Made by a program: the position numbers and the translations under genes | Origin: Auanema rhodensis | Lineage: Eukaryota; Animalia; Nematoda | Direction: 5' to 3' | Assembly: GCA_964057225.1 (NCBI GenBank) | Contig: OZ059895.1 | Coordinates: forward strand, 4,278,001-4,342,000 | Length of the DNA stretch: 64,000 bases | Shown: positions 26,801 through 42,500 of the stretch, one piece after another | How the letters are laid out: every line of letters begins with the position of its first letter | Numbering within the stretch: position 1 is the stretch's first letter | The notes under the pieces: model-generated | Databases searched by the model: none | Seen by the model: only the letters and a program-made list of their open reading frames with translations | What the model was told of the DNA's origin: nothing

Positions 26801-29781
26801 GTGTGAACTTATATCAGTAGATATCTCGGTGCATTTTTAAGCCAGCGCAAATCTGATAACACAGATCGACGCAGCTTAAAAATCCGCATCGAATACACTA
26901 TACTACACTGAGAAACGCTTAATACAAAAATTAGTTATGATCGTTTGAAAAATGATGCATTAGTGTATGTTGAGTTTCCATGTACACTCAACATTGCTTC
27001 CAAAAACATTTTGACAAAAATGTTTTCGAAAAATTTCAAAATAATTTAGCAAAAAGTAGATGTTTTTAGATTCCTTTTTTTAAGGCAAAAATGATGGACA
27101 ATGTTATTCAACGAAAAAATTAATTCTTCAGGGTGAAAATCGAGGATATAAGTGTGAACTTATATCAGTTGATATCTCGTTGCATTTTCAAGCTAGCGCA
27201 AATCTGATAACACAGATCGACGCAGCTTAAAAATCCGCATCGAATGCACTATACTACATTGAGAAACGCTTAATACAAAAATTAGTTATGATCGTTTGAA
27301 AAATGATGCATTAGTGTATGTTGAGTTTCCATGTACACTCAACATTGCTTCCAAAAACATTTTGACAAAAATTTTTTCGAAAAATTTCAAAATAATTTAG
27401 CAAAAAGTAGATGTTTTTAGATTCCTTTTTTTAAGGCAAAAATGATGGACAATGTTATTAAACGAAAAAATTAATTCTTCAGGGTGAAAATCGAGGATAT
27501 AAGTGTGAACTTATATCAGTTGATATCTCGGTGCATTTTTAAGCTAGCGCAAATCTAATAACACAGATCGACGCAGCTTAAAAATCCGCATCGAATGCAC
27601 TATACTACATTGAGAAACGCTTAATACAAAAATTAGTTATGATCGTTTGAAAAATGATGCATTAGTGTATGTTGAGTTTCCATGTACACTCAACATTGCT
27701 TCCAAAAACATTTTGACAAAAATTTTTTCGAAAAATTTCAAAATAATTTAGCAAAAAGTAGATGTTTTTAGATTTCTTTATTCAAGGCAAAGATGATGGA
27801 CAATGTTATTCAACAAAAAAATTAATTCTTCAGGGTGAAAATCGAGGATATAAGTGTGAACTTATATCAGTAGATATCTCGGTGCATTTTTAAGCCAGCG
27901 CAAATCTGATAACACAGATCGACGCAGCTTAAAAATCCGCATCGAATGCACTATACTACATTGAGAAACGCTTAATACAAAAATTAGTTATGATCGTTTG
28001 AAAAATGATGCATTAGTGTATGTTGAGTTTCCATGTACACTCAACATTGCTTCCAAAAACATTTTAACAAAAATGTTTTCGAAAAATTTCAAAATAATTT
28101 AGCAAAAAGTAGATGTTTTTAGATTCCTTTTTTTAAGGCAAAAATGATGGACAATGTTATTCAACGAAAAAATTAATTCTTCAGGGTGAAAATCGAGGAT
28201 ATAAGTGTGAACTTATATCAGTTGATATCTCGTTGCATTTTCAAGCTAGCGCAAATCTGATAACACAGATCGACGCAGCTTAAAAATCCGCATCGAATGC
28301 ACTATACTACATTGAGAAACGCTTAATACAAAAATTAGTTATGATCGTTTGAAAAATGATGCATTAGTGTATGTTGAGTTTCCATGTACACTCAACATTG
28401 CTTCCAAAAACATTTTGACAAAAATTTTTTCGAAAAATTTCAAAATAATTTAGCAAAAAGTAGATGTTTTTAGATTCCTTTTTTTAAGGCAAAAATGATG
28501 GACAATGTTATTAAACGAAAAAATTAATTCTTCAGGGTGAAAATCGAGGATATAAGTGTGAACTTATATCAGTTGATATCTCGGTGCATTTTTAAGCTAG
28601 CGCAAATCTAATAACACAGATCGACGCAGCTTAAAAATCCGCATCGAATGCACTATACTACATTGAGAAACGCTTAATACAAAAATTAGTTATGATCGTT
28701 TGAAAAATGATGCATTAGTGTATGTTGAGTTTCCATGTACACTCAACATTGCTTCCAAAAACATTTTGACAAAAATTTTTTCGAAAAATTTCAAAATAAT
28801 TTAGCAAAAAGTAGATGTTTTTAGATTTCTTTATTCAAGGCAAAGATGATGGACAATGTTATTCAACGAAAAAATTAATTCTTCAGGGTGAAAATCGAGG
28901 ATATAAGTGTGAACTTATATCAGTTGATATCTCGTTGCATTTTCAAGCTAGCGCAAATCTGATAACACAGATCGACGCAGCTTAAAAATCCGCATCGAAT
29001 GCACTATACTACATTGAGAAACGCTTAATACAAAAATTAGTTATGATCGTTTGAAAAATGATGCATTAGTGTATGTTGAGTTTCCATGTACACTCAACAT
29101 TGCTTCCAAAAACATTTTAACAAAAATGTTTTCGAAAAATTTCAAAATAATTTAGCAAAAAGTAGATGTTTTTAGATTCCTTTTTTTAAGGCAAAGATGA
29201 TGGACAATGTTATTCAACGAAAAAACTTCAGGGTGAAAATCGAGGATATAAGTGTGAACATATATCAGTTGATATCTCGGTGCATGTTCAAGCTAGCGCA
29301 AATCTGATAACACAGATCGACGCAGCTTAAAAATCCGCATCGAATGCACTATACTACATTGAGAAACGCTTAATACAAAAATTAGTTATGATCGTTTGAA
29401 AAATGATGCATTAGTGTATGTTGAGTTTCCATGTACACTCAACATTGCTTCCAAAAACATTTTAACAAAAATGTTTTCGAAAAATTTCAAAATAATTTAG
29501 CAAAAAGTAGATGTTTTTAGATTCCTTTTTTTAAGGCAAAAATGATGGACAATGTTATTCAACGAAAAAATTAATTCTTCAGGGTGAAAATCGAGGATAT
29601 AAGTGTGAACTTATATCAGTTGATATCTCGTTGCATTTTCAAGCTAGCGCAAATCTGATAACACAGATCGACGCAGCTTAAAAATCCGCATCGAATGCAC
29701 TATACTACATTGAGAAACGCTTAATACAAAAATTAGTTATGATCGTTTGAAAAATGATGCATTAGTGTATGTTGAGTTTCC
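23827..29781. repeat. 17-monomer block, copy 1 of a large intra-array duplication
   Basis: The order of variant units matches 30133-36087 at offset 6306. Examples: ORF units 24523/30829, rare TTCGTAAAA units 25927/32233, TTTCTTTATTC units 27682/33988 and 28735/35041, deletion units 29086/35392. Confidence 0.9.
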
Positions 29782-30132
29782 ATGTACACTCAACATTGCT
29801 TCCAAAAACATTTTGACAAAAATTTTTTCGAAAAATTTCAAAATAATTTAGCAAAAAGTAGATGTTTTTAGATTCCTTTTTTTAAGGCAAAGATGATGGA
29901 CAATGTTATTCAACAAAAAAATTAATTCTTCAGGGTGAAAATCGAGGATATAAGTGTGAACTTATATCAGTAGATATCTCGGTGCATTTTTAAGCCAGCG
30001 CAAATCTGATAACACAGATCGACGCAGCTTAAAAATCCGCATCGAATGCACTATACTACATTGAGAAACGCTTAATACAAAAATTAGTTATGATCGTTTG
30101 AAAAATGATGCATTAGTGTATGTTGAGTTTCC

Positions 30133-33100
30133 ATGTACACTCAACATTGCTTCCAAAAACATTTTAACAAAAATGTTTTCGAAAAATTTCAAAATAATTT
30201 AGCAAAAAGTAGATGTTTTTAGATTCCTTTTTTTAAGGCAAAAATGATGGACAATGTTATTCAACGAAAAAATTAATTCTTCAGGGTGAAAATCGAGGAT
30301 ATAAGTGTGAACTTATATCAGTTGATATCTCGTTGCATTTTCAAGCTAGCGCAAATCTGATAACACAGATCGACGCAGCTTAAAAATCCGCATCGAATGC
30401 ACTATACTACATTGAGAAACGCTTAATACAAAAATTAGTTATGATCGTTTGAAAAATGATGCATTAGTGTATGTTGAGTTTCCATGTACACTCAACATTG
30501 CTTCCAAAAACATTTTGACAAAAATTTTTTCGAAAAATTTCAAAATAATTTAGCAAAAAGTAGATGTTTTTAGATTCCTTTTTTTAAGGCAAAGATGATG
30601 GACAATGTTATTCAACGAAAAAACTTCAGGGTGAAAATCGAGGATATAAGTGTGAACATATATCAGTTGATATCTCGGTGCATGTTCAAGCTAGCGCAAA
30701 TCTGATAACACAGATCGACGCAGCTTAAAAATCCGCATCGAATGCACTATACTACATTGAGAAACGCTTAATACAAAAATTAGTTATGATCGTTTGAAAA
30801 ATGATGCATTAGTGTATGTTGAGTTTCCATGTACACTCAACATTGCTTCCAAAAACATTTTGACAAAAATTTTTTCGAAAAATTTCAAAATAATTTAGCA
30901 AAAAGTAGATGTTTTTCGATTCCTTTTTTTAAGGCAAAGACGATGGACAATGTTATTCAACGAAAAAATCAATTCTTCAGGGTGAAAATCGAGGATATAA
31001 GTGTGAACTTATATCAGTTGATATCTCGGTGCATTTTTAAGCTAGCGCAAATCTGATAACACAGATCGACGCAGCTTAAAAATCCGCATCGAATGCACTA
31101 TACTACACTGAGAAACGCTTAATACAAAAATTAGTTATGATCGTTTGAAAAATGATGCATTAGTGTATGTTGAGTTTCCATGTACACTCAACATTGCTTC
31201 CAAAAACATTTTAACAAAAATGTTTTCGAAAAATTTCAAAATAATTTAGCAAAAAGTAGATGTTTTTAGATTCCTTTTTTTAAGGCAAAAATGATGGACA
31301 ATGTTATTCAACGAAAAAATTAATTCTTCAGGGTGAAAATCGAGGATATAAGTGTGAACTTATATCAGTTGATATCTCGTTGCATTTTCAAGCTAGCGCA
31401 AATCTGATAACACAGATCGACGCAGCTTAAAAATCCGCATCGAATGCACTATACTACATTGAGAAACGCTTAATACAAAAATTAGTTATGATCGTTTGAA
31501 AAATGATGCATTAGTGTATGTTGAGTTTCCATGTACACTCAACATTGCTTCCAAAAACATTTTGACAAAAATTTTTTCGAAAAATTTCAAAATAATTTAG
31601 CAAAAAGTAGATGTTTTTAGATTCCTTTTTTTAAGGCAAAGATGATGGACAATGTTATTCAACAAAAAAATTAATTCTTCAGGGTGAAAATCGAGGATAT
31701 AAGTGTGAACTTATATCAGTAGATATCTCGGTGCATTTTTAAGCCAGCGCAAATCTGATAACACAGATCGACGCAGCTTAAAAATCCGCATCGAATACAC
31801 TATACTACATTGAGAAACGCTTAATACAAAAATTAGTTATGATCGTTTGAAAAATGATGCATTAGTGTATGTTGAGTTTCCATGTACACTCAACATTGCT
31901 TCCAAAAACATTTTAACAAAAATGTTTTCGAAAAATTTCAAAATAATTTAGCAAAAAGTAGATGTTTTTAGATTCCTTTTTTTAAGGCAAAAATGATGGA
32001 CAATGTTATTCAACGAAAAAATTAATTCTTCAGGGTGAAAATCGAGGATATAAGTGTGAACTTATATCAGTTGATATCTCGTTGCATTTTCAAGCTAGCG
32101 CAAATCTGATAACACAGATCGACGCAGCTTAAAAATCCGCATCGAATGCACTATACTACATTGAGAAACGCTTAATACAAAAATTAGTTATGATCGTTTG
32201 AAAAATGATGCATTAGTGTATGTTGAGTTTCCATGTACACTCAACATTGCTTCCAAAAACATTTTGACAAAAATTTTTTCGTAAAATTTCAAAATAATTT
32301 AGCAAAAAGTAGATGTTTTTAGATTCCTTTTTTTAAGGCAAAGATGATGGACAATGTTATTCAACAAAAAAATTAATTCTTCAGGGTGAAAATCGAGGAT
32401 ATAAGTGTGAACTTATATCAGTAGATATCTCGGTGCATTTTTAAGCCAGCGCAAATCTGATAACACAGATCGACGCAGCTTAAAAATCCGCATCGAATAC
32501 ACTATACTACATTGAGAAACGCTTAATACAAAAATTAGTTATGATCGTTTGAAAAATGATGCATTAGTGTATGTTGAGTTTCCATGTACACTCAACATTG
32601 CTTCCAAAAACATTTTAACAAAAATGTTTTCGAAAAATTTCAAAATAATTTAGCAAAAAGTAGATGTTTTTAGATTCCTTTTTTTAAGGCAAAAATGATG
32701 GACAATGTTATTCAACGAAAAAATTAATTCTTCAGGGTGAAAATCGAGGATATAAGTGTGAACTTATATCAGTTGATATCTCGTTGCATTTTCAAGCTAG
32801 CGCAAATCTGATAACACAGATCGACGCAGCTTAAAAATCCGCATCGAATGCACTATACTACATTGAGAAACGCTTAATACAAAAATTAGTTATGATCGTT
32901 TGAAAAATGATGCATTAGTGTATGTTGAGTTTCCATGTACACTCAACATTGCTTCCAAAAACATTTTGACAAAAATTTTTTCGAAAAATTTCAAAATAAT
33001 TTAGCAAAAAGTAGATGTTTTTAGATTCCTTTTTTTAAGGCAAAGATGATGGACAATGTTATTCAACAAAAAAATTAATTCTTCAGGGTGAAAATCGAGG

Positions 33101-36087
33101 ATATAAGTGTGAACTTATATCAGTAGATATCTCGGTGCATTTTTAAGCCAGCGCAAATCTGATAACACAGATCGACGCAGCTTAAAAATCCGCATCGAAT
33201 ACACTATACTACACTGAGAAACGCTTAATACAAAAATTAGTTATGATCGTTTGAAAAATGATGCATTAGTGTATGTTGAGTTTCCATGTACACTCAACAT
33301 TGCTTCCAAAAACATTTTGACAAAAATGTTTTCGAAAAATTTCAAAATAATTTAGCAAAAAGTAGATGTTTTTAGATTCCTTTTTTTAAGGCAAAAATGA
33401 TGGACAATGTTATTCAACGAAAAAATTAATTCTTCAGGGTGAAAATCGAGGATATAAGTGTGAACTTATATCAGTTGATATCTCGTTGCATTTTCAAGCT
33501 AGCGCAAATCTGATAACACAGATCGACGCAGCTTAAAAATCCGCATCGAATGCACTATACTACATTGAGAAACGCTTAATACAAAAATTAGTTATGATCG
33601 TTTGAAAAATGATGCATTAGTGTATGTTGAGTTTCCATGTACACTCAACATTGCTTCCAAAAACATTTTGACAAAAATTTTTTCGAAAAATTTCAAAATA
33701 ATTTAGCAAAAAGTAGATGTTTTTAGATTCCTTTTTTTAAGGCAAAAATGATGGACAATGTTATTAAACGAAAAAATTAATTCTTCAGGGTGAAAATCGA
33801 GGATATAAGTGTGAACTTATATCAGTTGATATCTCGGTGCATTTTTAAGCTAGCGCAAATCTAATAACACAGATCGACGCAGCTTAAAAATCCGCATCGA
33901 ATGCACTATACTACATTGAGAAACGCTTAATACAAAAATTAGTTATGATCGTTTGAAAAATGATGCATTAGTGTATGTTGAGTTTCCATGTACACTCAAC
34001 ATTGCTTCCAAAAACATTTTGACAAAAATTTTTTCGAAAAATTTCAAAATAATTTAGCAAAAAGTAGATGTTTTTAGATTTCTTTATTCAAGGCAAAGAT
34101 GATGGACAATGTTATTCAACAAAAAAATTAATTCTTCAGGGTGAAAATCGAGGATATAAGTGTGAACTTATATCAGTAGATATCTCGGTGCATTTTTAAG
34201 CCAGCGCAAATCTGATAACACAGATCGACGCAGCTTAAAAATCCGCATCGAATGCACTATACTACATTGAGAAACGCTTAATACAAAAATTAGTTATGAT
34301 CGTTTGAAAAATGATGCATTAGTGTATGTTGAGTTTCCATGTACACTCAACATTGCTTCCAAAAACATTTTAACAAAAATGTTTTCGAAAAATTTCAAAA
34401 TAATTTAGCAAAAAGTAGATGTTTTTAGATTCCTTTTTTTAAGGCAAAAATGATGGACAATGTTATTCAACGAAAAAATTAATTCTTCAGGGTGAAAATC
34501 GAGGATATAAGTGTGAACTTATATCAGTTGATATCTCGTTGCATTTTCAAGCTAGCGCAAATCTGATAACACAGATCGACGCAGCTTAAAAATCCGCATC
34601 GAATGCACTATACTACATTGAGAAACGCTTAATACAAAAATTAGTTATGATCGTTTGAAAAATGATGCATTAGTGTATGTTGAGTTTCCATGTACACTCA
34701 ACATTGCTTCCAAAAACATTTTGACAAAAATTTTTTCGAAAAATTTCAAAATAATTTAGCAAAAAGTAGATGTTTTTAGATTCCTTTTTTTAAGGCAAAA
34801 ATGATGGACAATGTTATTAAACGAAAAAATTAATTCTTCAGGGTGAAAATCGAGGATATAAGTGTGAACTTATATCAGTTGATATCTCGGTGCATTTTTA
34901 AGCTAGCGCAAATCTAATAACACAGATCGACGCAGCTTAAAAATCCGCATCGAATGCACTATACTACATTGAGAAACGCTTAATACAAAAATTAGTTATG
35001 ATCGTTTGAAAAATGATGCATTAGTGTATGTTGAGTTTCCATGTACACTCAACATTGCTTCCAAAAACATTTTGACAAAAATTTTTTCGAAAAATTTCAA
35101 AATAATTTAGCAAAAAGTAGATGTTTTTAGATTTCTTTATTCAAGGCAAAGATGATGGACAATGTTATTCAACGAAAAAATTAATTCTTCAGGGTGAAAA
35201 TCGAGGATATAAGTGTGAACTTATATCAGTTGATATCTCGTTGCATTTTCAAGCTAGCGCAAATCTGATAACACAGATCGACGCAGCTTAAAAATCCGCA
35301 TCGAATGCACTATACTACATTGAGAAACGCTTAATACAAAAATTAGTTATGATCGTTTGAAAAATGATGCATTAGTGTATGTTGAGTTTCCATGTACACT
35401 CAACATTGCTTCCAAAAACATTTTAACAAAAATGTTTTCGAAAAATTTCAAAATAATTTAGCAAAAAGTAGATGTTTTTAGATTCCTTTTTTTAAGGCAA
35501 AGATGATGGACAATGTTATTCAACGAAAAAACTTCAGGGTGAAAATCGAGGATATAAGTGTGAACATATATCAGTTGATATCTCGGTGCATGTTCAAGCT
35601 AGCGCAAATCTGATAACACAGATCGACGCAGCTTAAAAATCCGCATCGAATGCACTATACTACATTGAGAAACGCTTAATACAAAAATTAGTTATGATCG
35701 TTTGAAAAATGATGCATTAGTGTATGTTGAGTTTCCATGTACACTCAACATTGCTTCCAAAAACATTTTAACAAAAATGTTTTCGAAAAATTTCAAAATA
35801 ATTTAGCAAAAAGTAGATGTTTTTAGATTCCTTTTTTTAAGGCAAAAATGATGGACAATGTTATTCAACGAAAAAATTAATTCTTCAGGGTGAAAATCGA
35901 GGATATAAGTGTGAACTTATATCAGTTGATATCTCGTTGCATTTTCAAGCTAGCGCAAATCTGATAACACAGATCGACGCAGCTTAAAAATCCGCATCGA
36001 ATGCACTATACTACATTGAGAAACGCTTAATACAAAAATTAGTTATGATCGTTTGAAAAATGATGCATTAGTGTATGTTGAGTTTCC
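30133..36087. repeat. 17-monomer block, copy 2 of a large intra-array duplication
   Basis: Matches 23827-29781 unit by unit at the diagnostic sites I read. The match fails at 29782 vs 36088. Confidence 0.9.
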
Positions 36088-39000
36088 ATGTACACTCAAC
36101 ATTGCTTCCAAAAACATTTTAACAAAAATGTTTTCGAAAAATTTCAAAATAATTTAGCAAAAAGTAGATGTTTTTAGATTCCTTTTTTTAAGGCAAAAAT
36201 GATGGACAATGTTATTCAACGAAAAAATTAATTCTTCAGGGTGAAAATCGAGGATATAAGTGTGAACTTATATCAGTTGATATCTCGTTGCATTTTCAAG
36301 CTAGCGCAAATCTGATAACACAGATCGACGCAGCTTAAAAATCCGCATCGAATGCACTATACTACATTGAGAAACGCTTAATACAAAAATTAGTTATGAT
36401 CGTTTGAAAAATGATGCATTAGTGTATGTTGAGTTTCCATGTACACTCAACATTGCTTCCAAAAACATTTTGACAAAAATTTTTTCGAAAAATTTCAAAA
36501 TAATTTAGCAAAAAGTAGATGTTTTTAGATTCCTTTTTTTAAGGCAAAGATGATGGACAATGTTATTCAACAAAAAAATTAATTCTTCAGGGTGAAAATC
36601 GAGGATATAAGTGTGAACTTATATCAGTAGATATCTCGGTGCATTTTTAAGCCAGCGCAAATCTGATAACACAGATCGACGCAGCTTAAAAATCCGCATC
36701 GAATACACTATACTACACTGAGAAACGCTTAATACAAAAATTAGTTATGATCGTTTGAAAAATGATGCATTAGTGTATGTTGAGTTTCCATGTACACTCA
36801 ACATTGCTTCCAAAAACATTTTGACAAAAATGTTTTCGAAAAATTTCAAAATAATTTAGCAAAAAGTAGATGTTTTTAGATTCCTTTTTTTAAGGCAAAA
36901 ATGATGGACAATGTTATTCAACGAAAAAATTAATTCTTCAGGGTGAAAATCGAGGATATAAGTGTGAACTTATATCAGTTGATATCTCGTTGCATTTTCA
37001 AGCTAGCGCAAATCTGATAACACAGATCGACGCAGCTTAAAAATCCGCATCGAATGCACTATACTACATTGAGAAACGCTTAATACAAAAATTAGTTATG
37101 ATCGTTTGAAAAATGATGCATTAGTGTATGTTGAGTTTCCATGTACACTCAACATTGCTTCCAAAAACATTTTGACAAAAATTTTTTCGAAAAATTTCAA
37201 AATAATTTAGCAAAAAGTAGATGTTTTTAGATTCCTTTTTTTAAGGCAAAAATGATGGACAATGTTATTAAACGAAAAAATTAATTCTTCAGGGTGAAAA
37301 TCGAGGATATAAGTGTGAACTTATATCAGTTGATATCTCGGTGCATTTTTAAGCTAGCGCAAATCTAATAACACAGATCGACGCAGCTTAAAAATCCGCA
37401 TCGAATGCACTATACTACATTGAGAAACGCTTAATACAAAAATTAGTTATGATCGTTTGAAAAATGATGCATTAGTGTATGTTGAGTTTCCATGTACACT
37501 CAACATTGCTTCCAAAAACATTTTGACAAAAATTTTTTCGAAAAATTTCAAAATAATTTAGCAAAAAGTAGATGTTTTTAGATTCCTTTATTCAAGGCAA
37601 AGATGATGGACAATGTTATTCAACGAAAAAACTTCAGGGTGAAAATCGAGGATATAAGTGTGAACATATATCAGTTGATATCTCGGTGCATGTTCAAGCT
37701 AGCGCAAATCTGATAACACAGATCGACGCAGCTTAAAAATCCGCATCGAATGCACTATACTACATTGAGAAACGCTTAATACAAAAATTAGTTATGATCG
37801 TTTGAAAAATGATGCATTAGTGTATGTTGAGTTTCCATGTACACTCAACATTGCTTCCAAAAACATTTTAACAAAAATGTTTTCGAAAAATTTCAAAATA
37901 ATTTAGCAAAAAGTAGATGTTTTTAGATTCCCTTTTTTAAGGCAAAAATGATGGACAATGTTATTCAACGAAAAAATTAATTCTTCAGGGTGAAAATCGA
38001 GGATATAAGTGTGAACTTATATCAGTTGATATCTCGTTGCATTTTCAAGCTAGCGCAAATCTGATAACACAGATCGACGCAGCTTAAAAATCCGCAACGA
38101 ATGCACTATACTGCATTGAGAAACGCTTAATACAAAAATTAGTTATGATCGTTTGAAAAATGATGCATTAGTGTATGTTGAGTTTCCATGTACACTCAAC
38201 ATTGCTTCCAAAAACATTTTGACAAAAATTTTTTCGAAAAATTTCAAAATAATTTAGCAAAAAGTAGATGTTTTTAGATTCCTTTTTTTAAGGCAAAGAT
38301 GATGGACAATGTTATTCAACAAAAAAATTAATTCTTCAGGGTGAAAATCGAGGATATAAGTGTGAACTTATATCAGTAGATATCTCGGTGCATTTTTAAG
38401 CCAGCGCAAATCTGATAACACAGATCGACGCAGCTTAAAAATCCGCATCGAATACACTATACTACACTGAGAAACGCTTAATACAAAAATTAGTTATGAT
38501 CGTTTGAAAAATGATGCATTAGTGTATGTTGAGTTTCCATGTACACTCAACATTGCTTCCAAAAACATTTTGACAAAAATGTTTTCGAAAAATTTCAAAA
38601 TAATTTAGCAAAAAGTAGATGTTTTTAGATTCCTTTTTTTAAGGCAAAAATGATGGACAATGTTATTCAACGAAAAAATTAATTCTTCAGGGTGAAAATC
38701 GAGGATATAAGTGTGAACTTATATCAGTTGATATCTCGTTGCATTTTCAAGCTAGCGCAAATCTGATAACACAGATCGACGCAGCTTAGAAATCCGCATC
38801 GAATGCACTATACTACATTGAGAAACGCTTAATACAAAAATTAGTTATGATCGTTTGAAAAATGATGCATTAGTGTATGTTGAGTTTCCATGTACACTCA
38901 ACATTGCTTCCAAAAACATTTTGACAAAAATTTTTTCGAAAAATTTCAAAATAATTTAGCAAAAAGTAGATGTTTTTAGATTCCTTTTTTTAAGGCAAAG

Positions 39001-39591
39001 ATGATGGACAATGTTATTCAACAAAAAAATTAATTCTTCAGGGTGAAAATCGAGGATATAAGTGTGAACTTATATCAGTTGATATCTCGGTGCATTTTTA
39101 AGCTAGCGCAAATCTGATAACACAGATCGACGCAGCTTAAAAATCCGCATCGAATGCACTATACTACATTGAGAAACGCTTAATACAAAAATTAGTTATG
39201 ATCGTTTGAAAAATGATGCATTAGTGTATGTTGAGTTTCCATGTACACTCAACATTGCTTCCAAAAACATTTTGACAAAAATTTTTTCGAAAAATTTCAA
39301 AATAATTTAGCAAAAAGTAGATGTTTTTAGATTCCTTTTTTTAAGGCAAAGATGATGGACAATGTTATTCAACAAAAAAATTAATTCTTCAGGGTGAAAA
39401 TCGAGGATATAAGTGTGAACTTATATCAGTTGATATCTCGGTGCATTTTTAAGCTAGCGCAAATCTGATAACACAGATCGACGCAGCTTAAAAATCCGCA
39501 TCGAATGCACTATACTACATTGAGAAACGCTTAATACAAAAATTAGTTATGATCGTTTGAAAAATGATGCATTAGTGTATGTTGAGTTTCC

Positions 39592-42500
39592 ATGTACACT
39601 CAACATTGCTTCCAAAAACATTTTGACAAAAATTTTTTCGAAAAATTTCAAAATAATTTAGCAAAAAGTAGATGTTTTTAGATTCCTTTTTTTAAGGCAA
39701 AAATGATGGACAATGTTATTAAACGAAAAAATTAATTCTTCAGGGTGAAAATCGAGGATATAAGTGTGAACTTATATCAGTTGATATCTCGGTGCATTTT
39801 TAAGCTAGCGCAAATCTGATAACACAGATCGACGCAGCTTAAAAATCCGCATCGAATGCACTATACTACATTGAGAAACGCTTAATACAAAAATTAGTTA
39901 TGATCGTTTGAAAAATGATGCATTAGTGTATGTTGAGTTTCCATGTACACTCAACATTGCTTCCAAAAACATTTTGACAAAAATTTTTTTGAAAAATTTC
40001 AAAATAATTTAGCAAAAAGTAGATGTTTTTAGATTCCTTTTTTTAAGGCAAAAATGATGGACAATGTTATTAAACGAAAAAATTAATTCTTCAGGGTGAA
40101 AATCGAGGATATAAGTGTGAACTTATATCAGTTGATATCTCGGTGCATTTTTAAGCTAGCGCAAATCTGATAACACAGATCGACGCAGCTTAAAAATCCG
40201 CATCGAATGCACTATACTACATTGAGAAACGCTTAATACAAAAATTAGTTATGATCGTTTGAAAAATGATGCATTAGTGTATGTTGAGTTTCCATGTACA
40301 CTCAACATTGCTTCCAAAAACATTTTGACAAAAATTTTTTCGAAAAATTTCAAAATAATTTAGCAAAAAGTAGATGTTTTTAGATTCCTTTATTCAAGGC
40401 AAAGATGATGGACAATGTTATTCAACGAAAAAACTTCAGGGTGAAAATCGAGGATATAAGTGTGAACATATATCAGTTGATATCTCGGTGCATGTTCAAG
40501 CTAGCGCAAATCTGATAACACAGATCGACGCAGCTTAAAAATCCGCATCGAATGCACTATACTACATTGAGAAACGCTTAATACAAAAATTAGTTATGAT
40601 CGTTTGAAAAATGATGCATTAGTGTATGTTGAGTTTCCATGTACACTCAACATTGCTTCCAAAAACATTTTAACAAAAATGTTTTCGAAAAATTTCAAAA
40701 TAATTTAGCAAAAAGTAGATGTTTTTAGATTCCTTTTTTTAAGGCAAAAATGATGGACAATGTTATTCAACGAAAAAATTAATTCTTCAGGGTGAAAATC
40801 GAGGATATAAGTGTGAACTTATATCAGTTGATATCTCGTTGCATTTTCAAGCTAGCGCAAATCTGATAACACAGATCGACGCAGCTTAAAAATCCGCATC
40901 GAATGCACTATACTACATTGAGAAACGCTTAATACAAAAATTAGTTATGATCGTTTGAAAAATGATGCATTAGTGTATGTTGAGTTTCCATGTACACTCA
41001 ACATTGCTTCCAAAAACATTTTGACAAAAATGTTTTCGAAAAATTTCAAAATAATTTAACAAAAAGTAGATGTTTTTAGATTCCTTTTTTTAAGGCAAAA
41101 ATGATGGACAATGTTATTCAACGAAAAAATTAATTCTTCAGGGTGAAAATCGAGGATATAAGTGTGAACTTATATCAGTTGATATCTCGTTGCATTTTCA
41201 AGCTAGCGCAAATCTGATAACACAGATCGACGCAGCTTAAAAATCCGCATCGAATGCACTATACTACATTGAGAAACGCTTAATACAAAAATTAGTTATG
41301 ATCGTTTGAAAAATGATGCATTAGTGTATGTTGAGTTTCCATGTACACTCAACATTGCTTCCAAAAACATTTTGACAAAAATTTTTTCGAAAAATTTCAA
41401 AATAATTTAGCAAAAAGTAGATGTTTTTAGATTCCTTTTTTCAAGGCAAAGATGATGGACAATGTTATTCAACAAAAAAATTAATTCTTCAGGGTGAAAA
41501 TCGAGGATATAAGTGTGAACTTATATCAGTTGATATCTCGGTGCATTTTTAAGCTAGCGCAAATCTGATAACACAGATCGACGCAGCTTAAAAATCCGCA
41601 TCGAATGCACTATACTACATTGAGAAACGCTTAATACAAAAATTAGTTATGATCGTTTGAAAAATGATGCATTAGTGTATGTTGAGTTTCCATGTACACT
41701 CAACATTGCTTCCAAAAACATTTTGACAAAAATTTTTTCGAAAAATTTCAAAATAATTTAGCAAAAAGTAGATGTTTTTAGATTCCTTTTTTTAAGGCAA
41801 AAATGATGGACAATGTTATTAAACGAAAAAATTAATTCTTCAGGGTGAAAATCGAGGATATAAGTGTGAACTTATATCAGTTGATATCTCGGTGCATTTT
41901 TAAGCTAGCGCAAATCTGATAACACAGATCGACGCAGCTTAAAAATCCGCATCGAATGCACTATACTACATTGAGAAACGCTTAATACAAAAATTAGTTA
42001 TGATCGTTTGAAAAATGATGCATTAGTGTATGTTGAGTTTCCATGTACACTCAACATTGCTTCCAAAAACATTTTGACAAAAATTTTTTCGAAAAATTTC
42101 AAAATAATTTAGCAAAAAGTAGATGTTTTTAGATTCCTTTTTTTAAGGCAAAAATGATGGACAATGTTATTAAACGAAAAAATTAATTCTTCAGGGTGAA
42201 AATCGAGGATATAAGTGTGAACTTATATCAGTTGATATCTCGGTGCATTTTTAAGCTAGCGCAAATCTGATAACACAGATCGACGCAGCTTAAAAATCCG
42301 CATCGAATGCACTATACTACATTGAGAAACGCTTAATACAAAAATTAGTTATGATCGTTTGAAAAATGATGCATTAGTGTATGTTGAGTTTCCATGTACA
42401 CTCAACATTGCTTCCAAAAACATTTTGACAAAAATTTTTTTGAAAAATTTCAAAATAATTTAGCAAAAAGTAGATGTTTTTAGATTCCTTTTTTTAAGGC

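Noticed and set aside
2089-31056. 18 copies of a 75-aa ORF as protein-coding genes
   Set aside because: They are one SNP haplotype of the satellite. The other ~160 units have TAG/TAA in frame, and there is no recognisable domain. Kept only as a low-interest finding.
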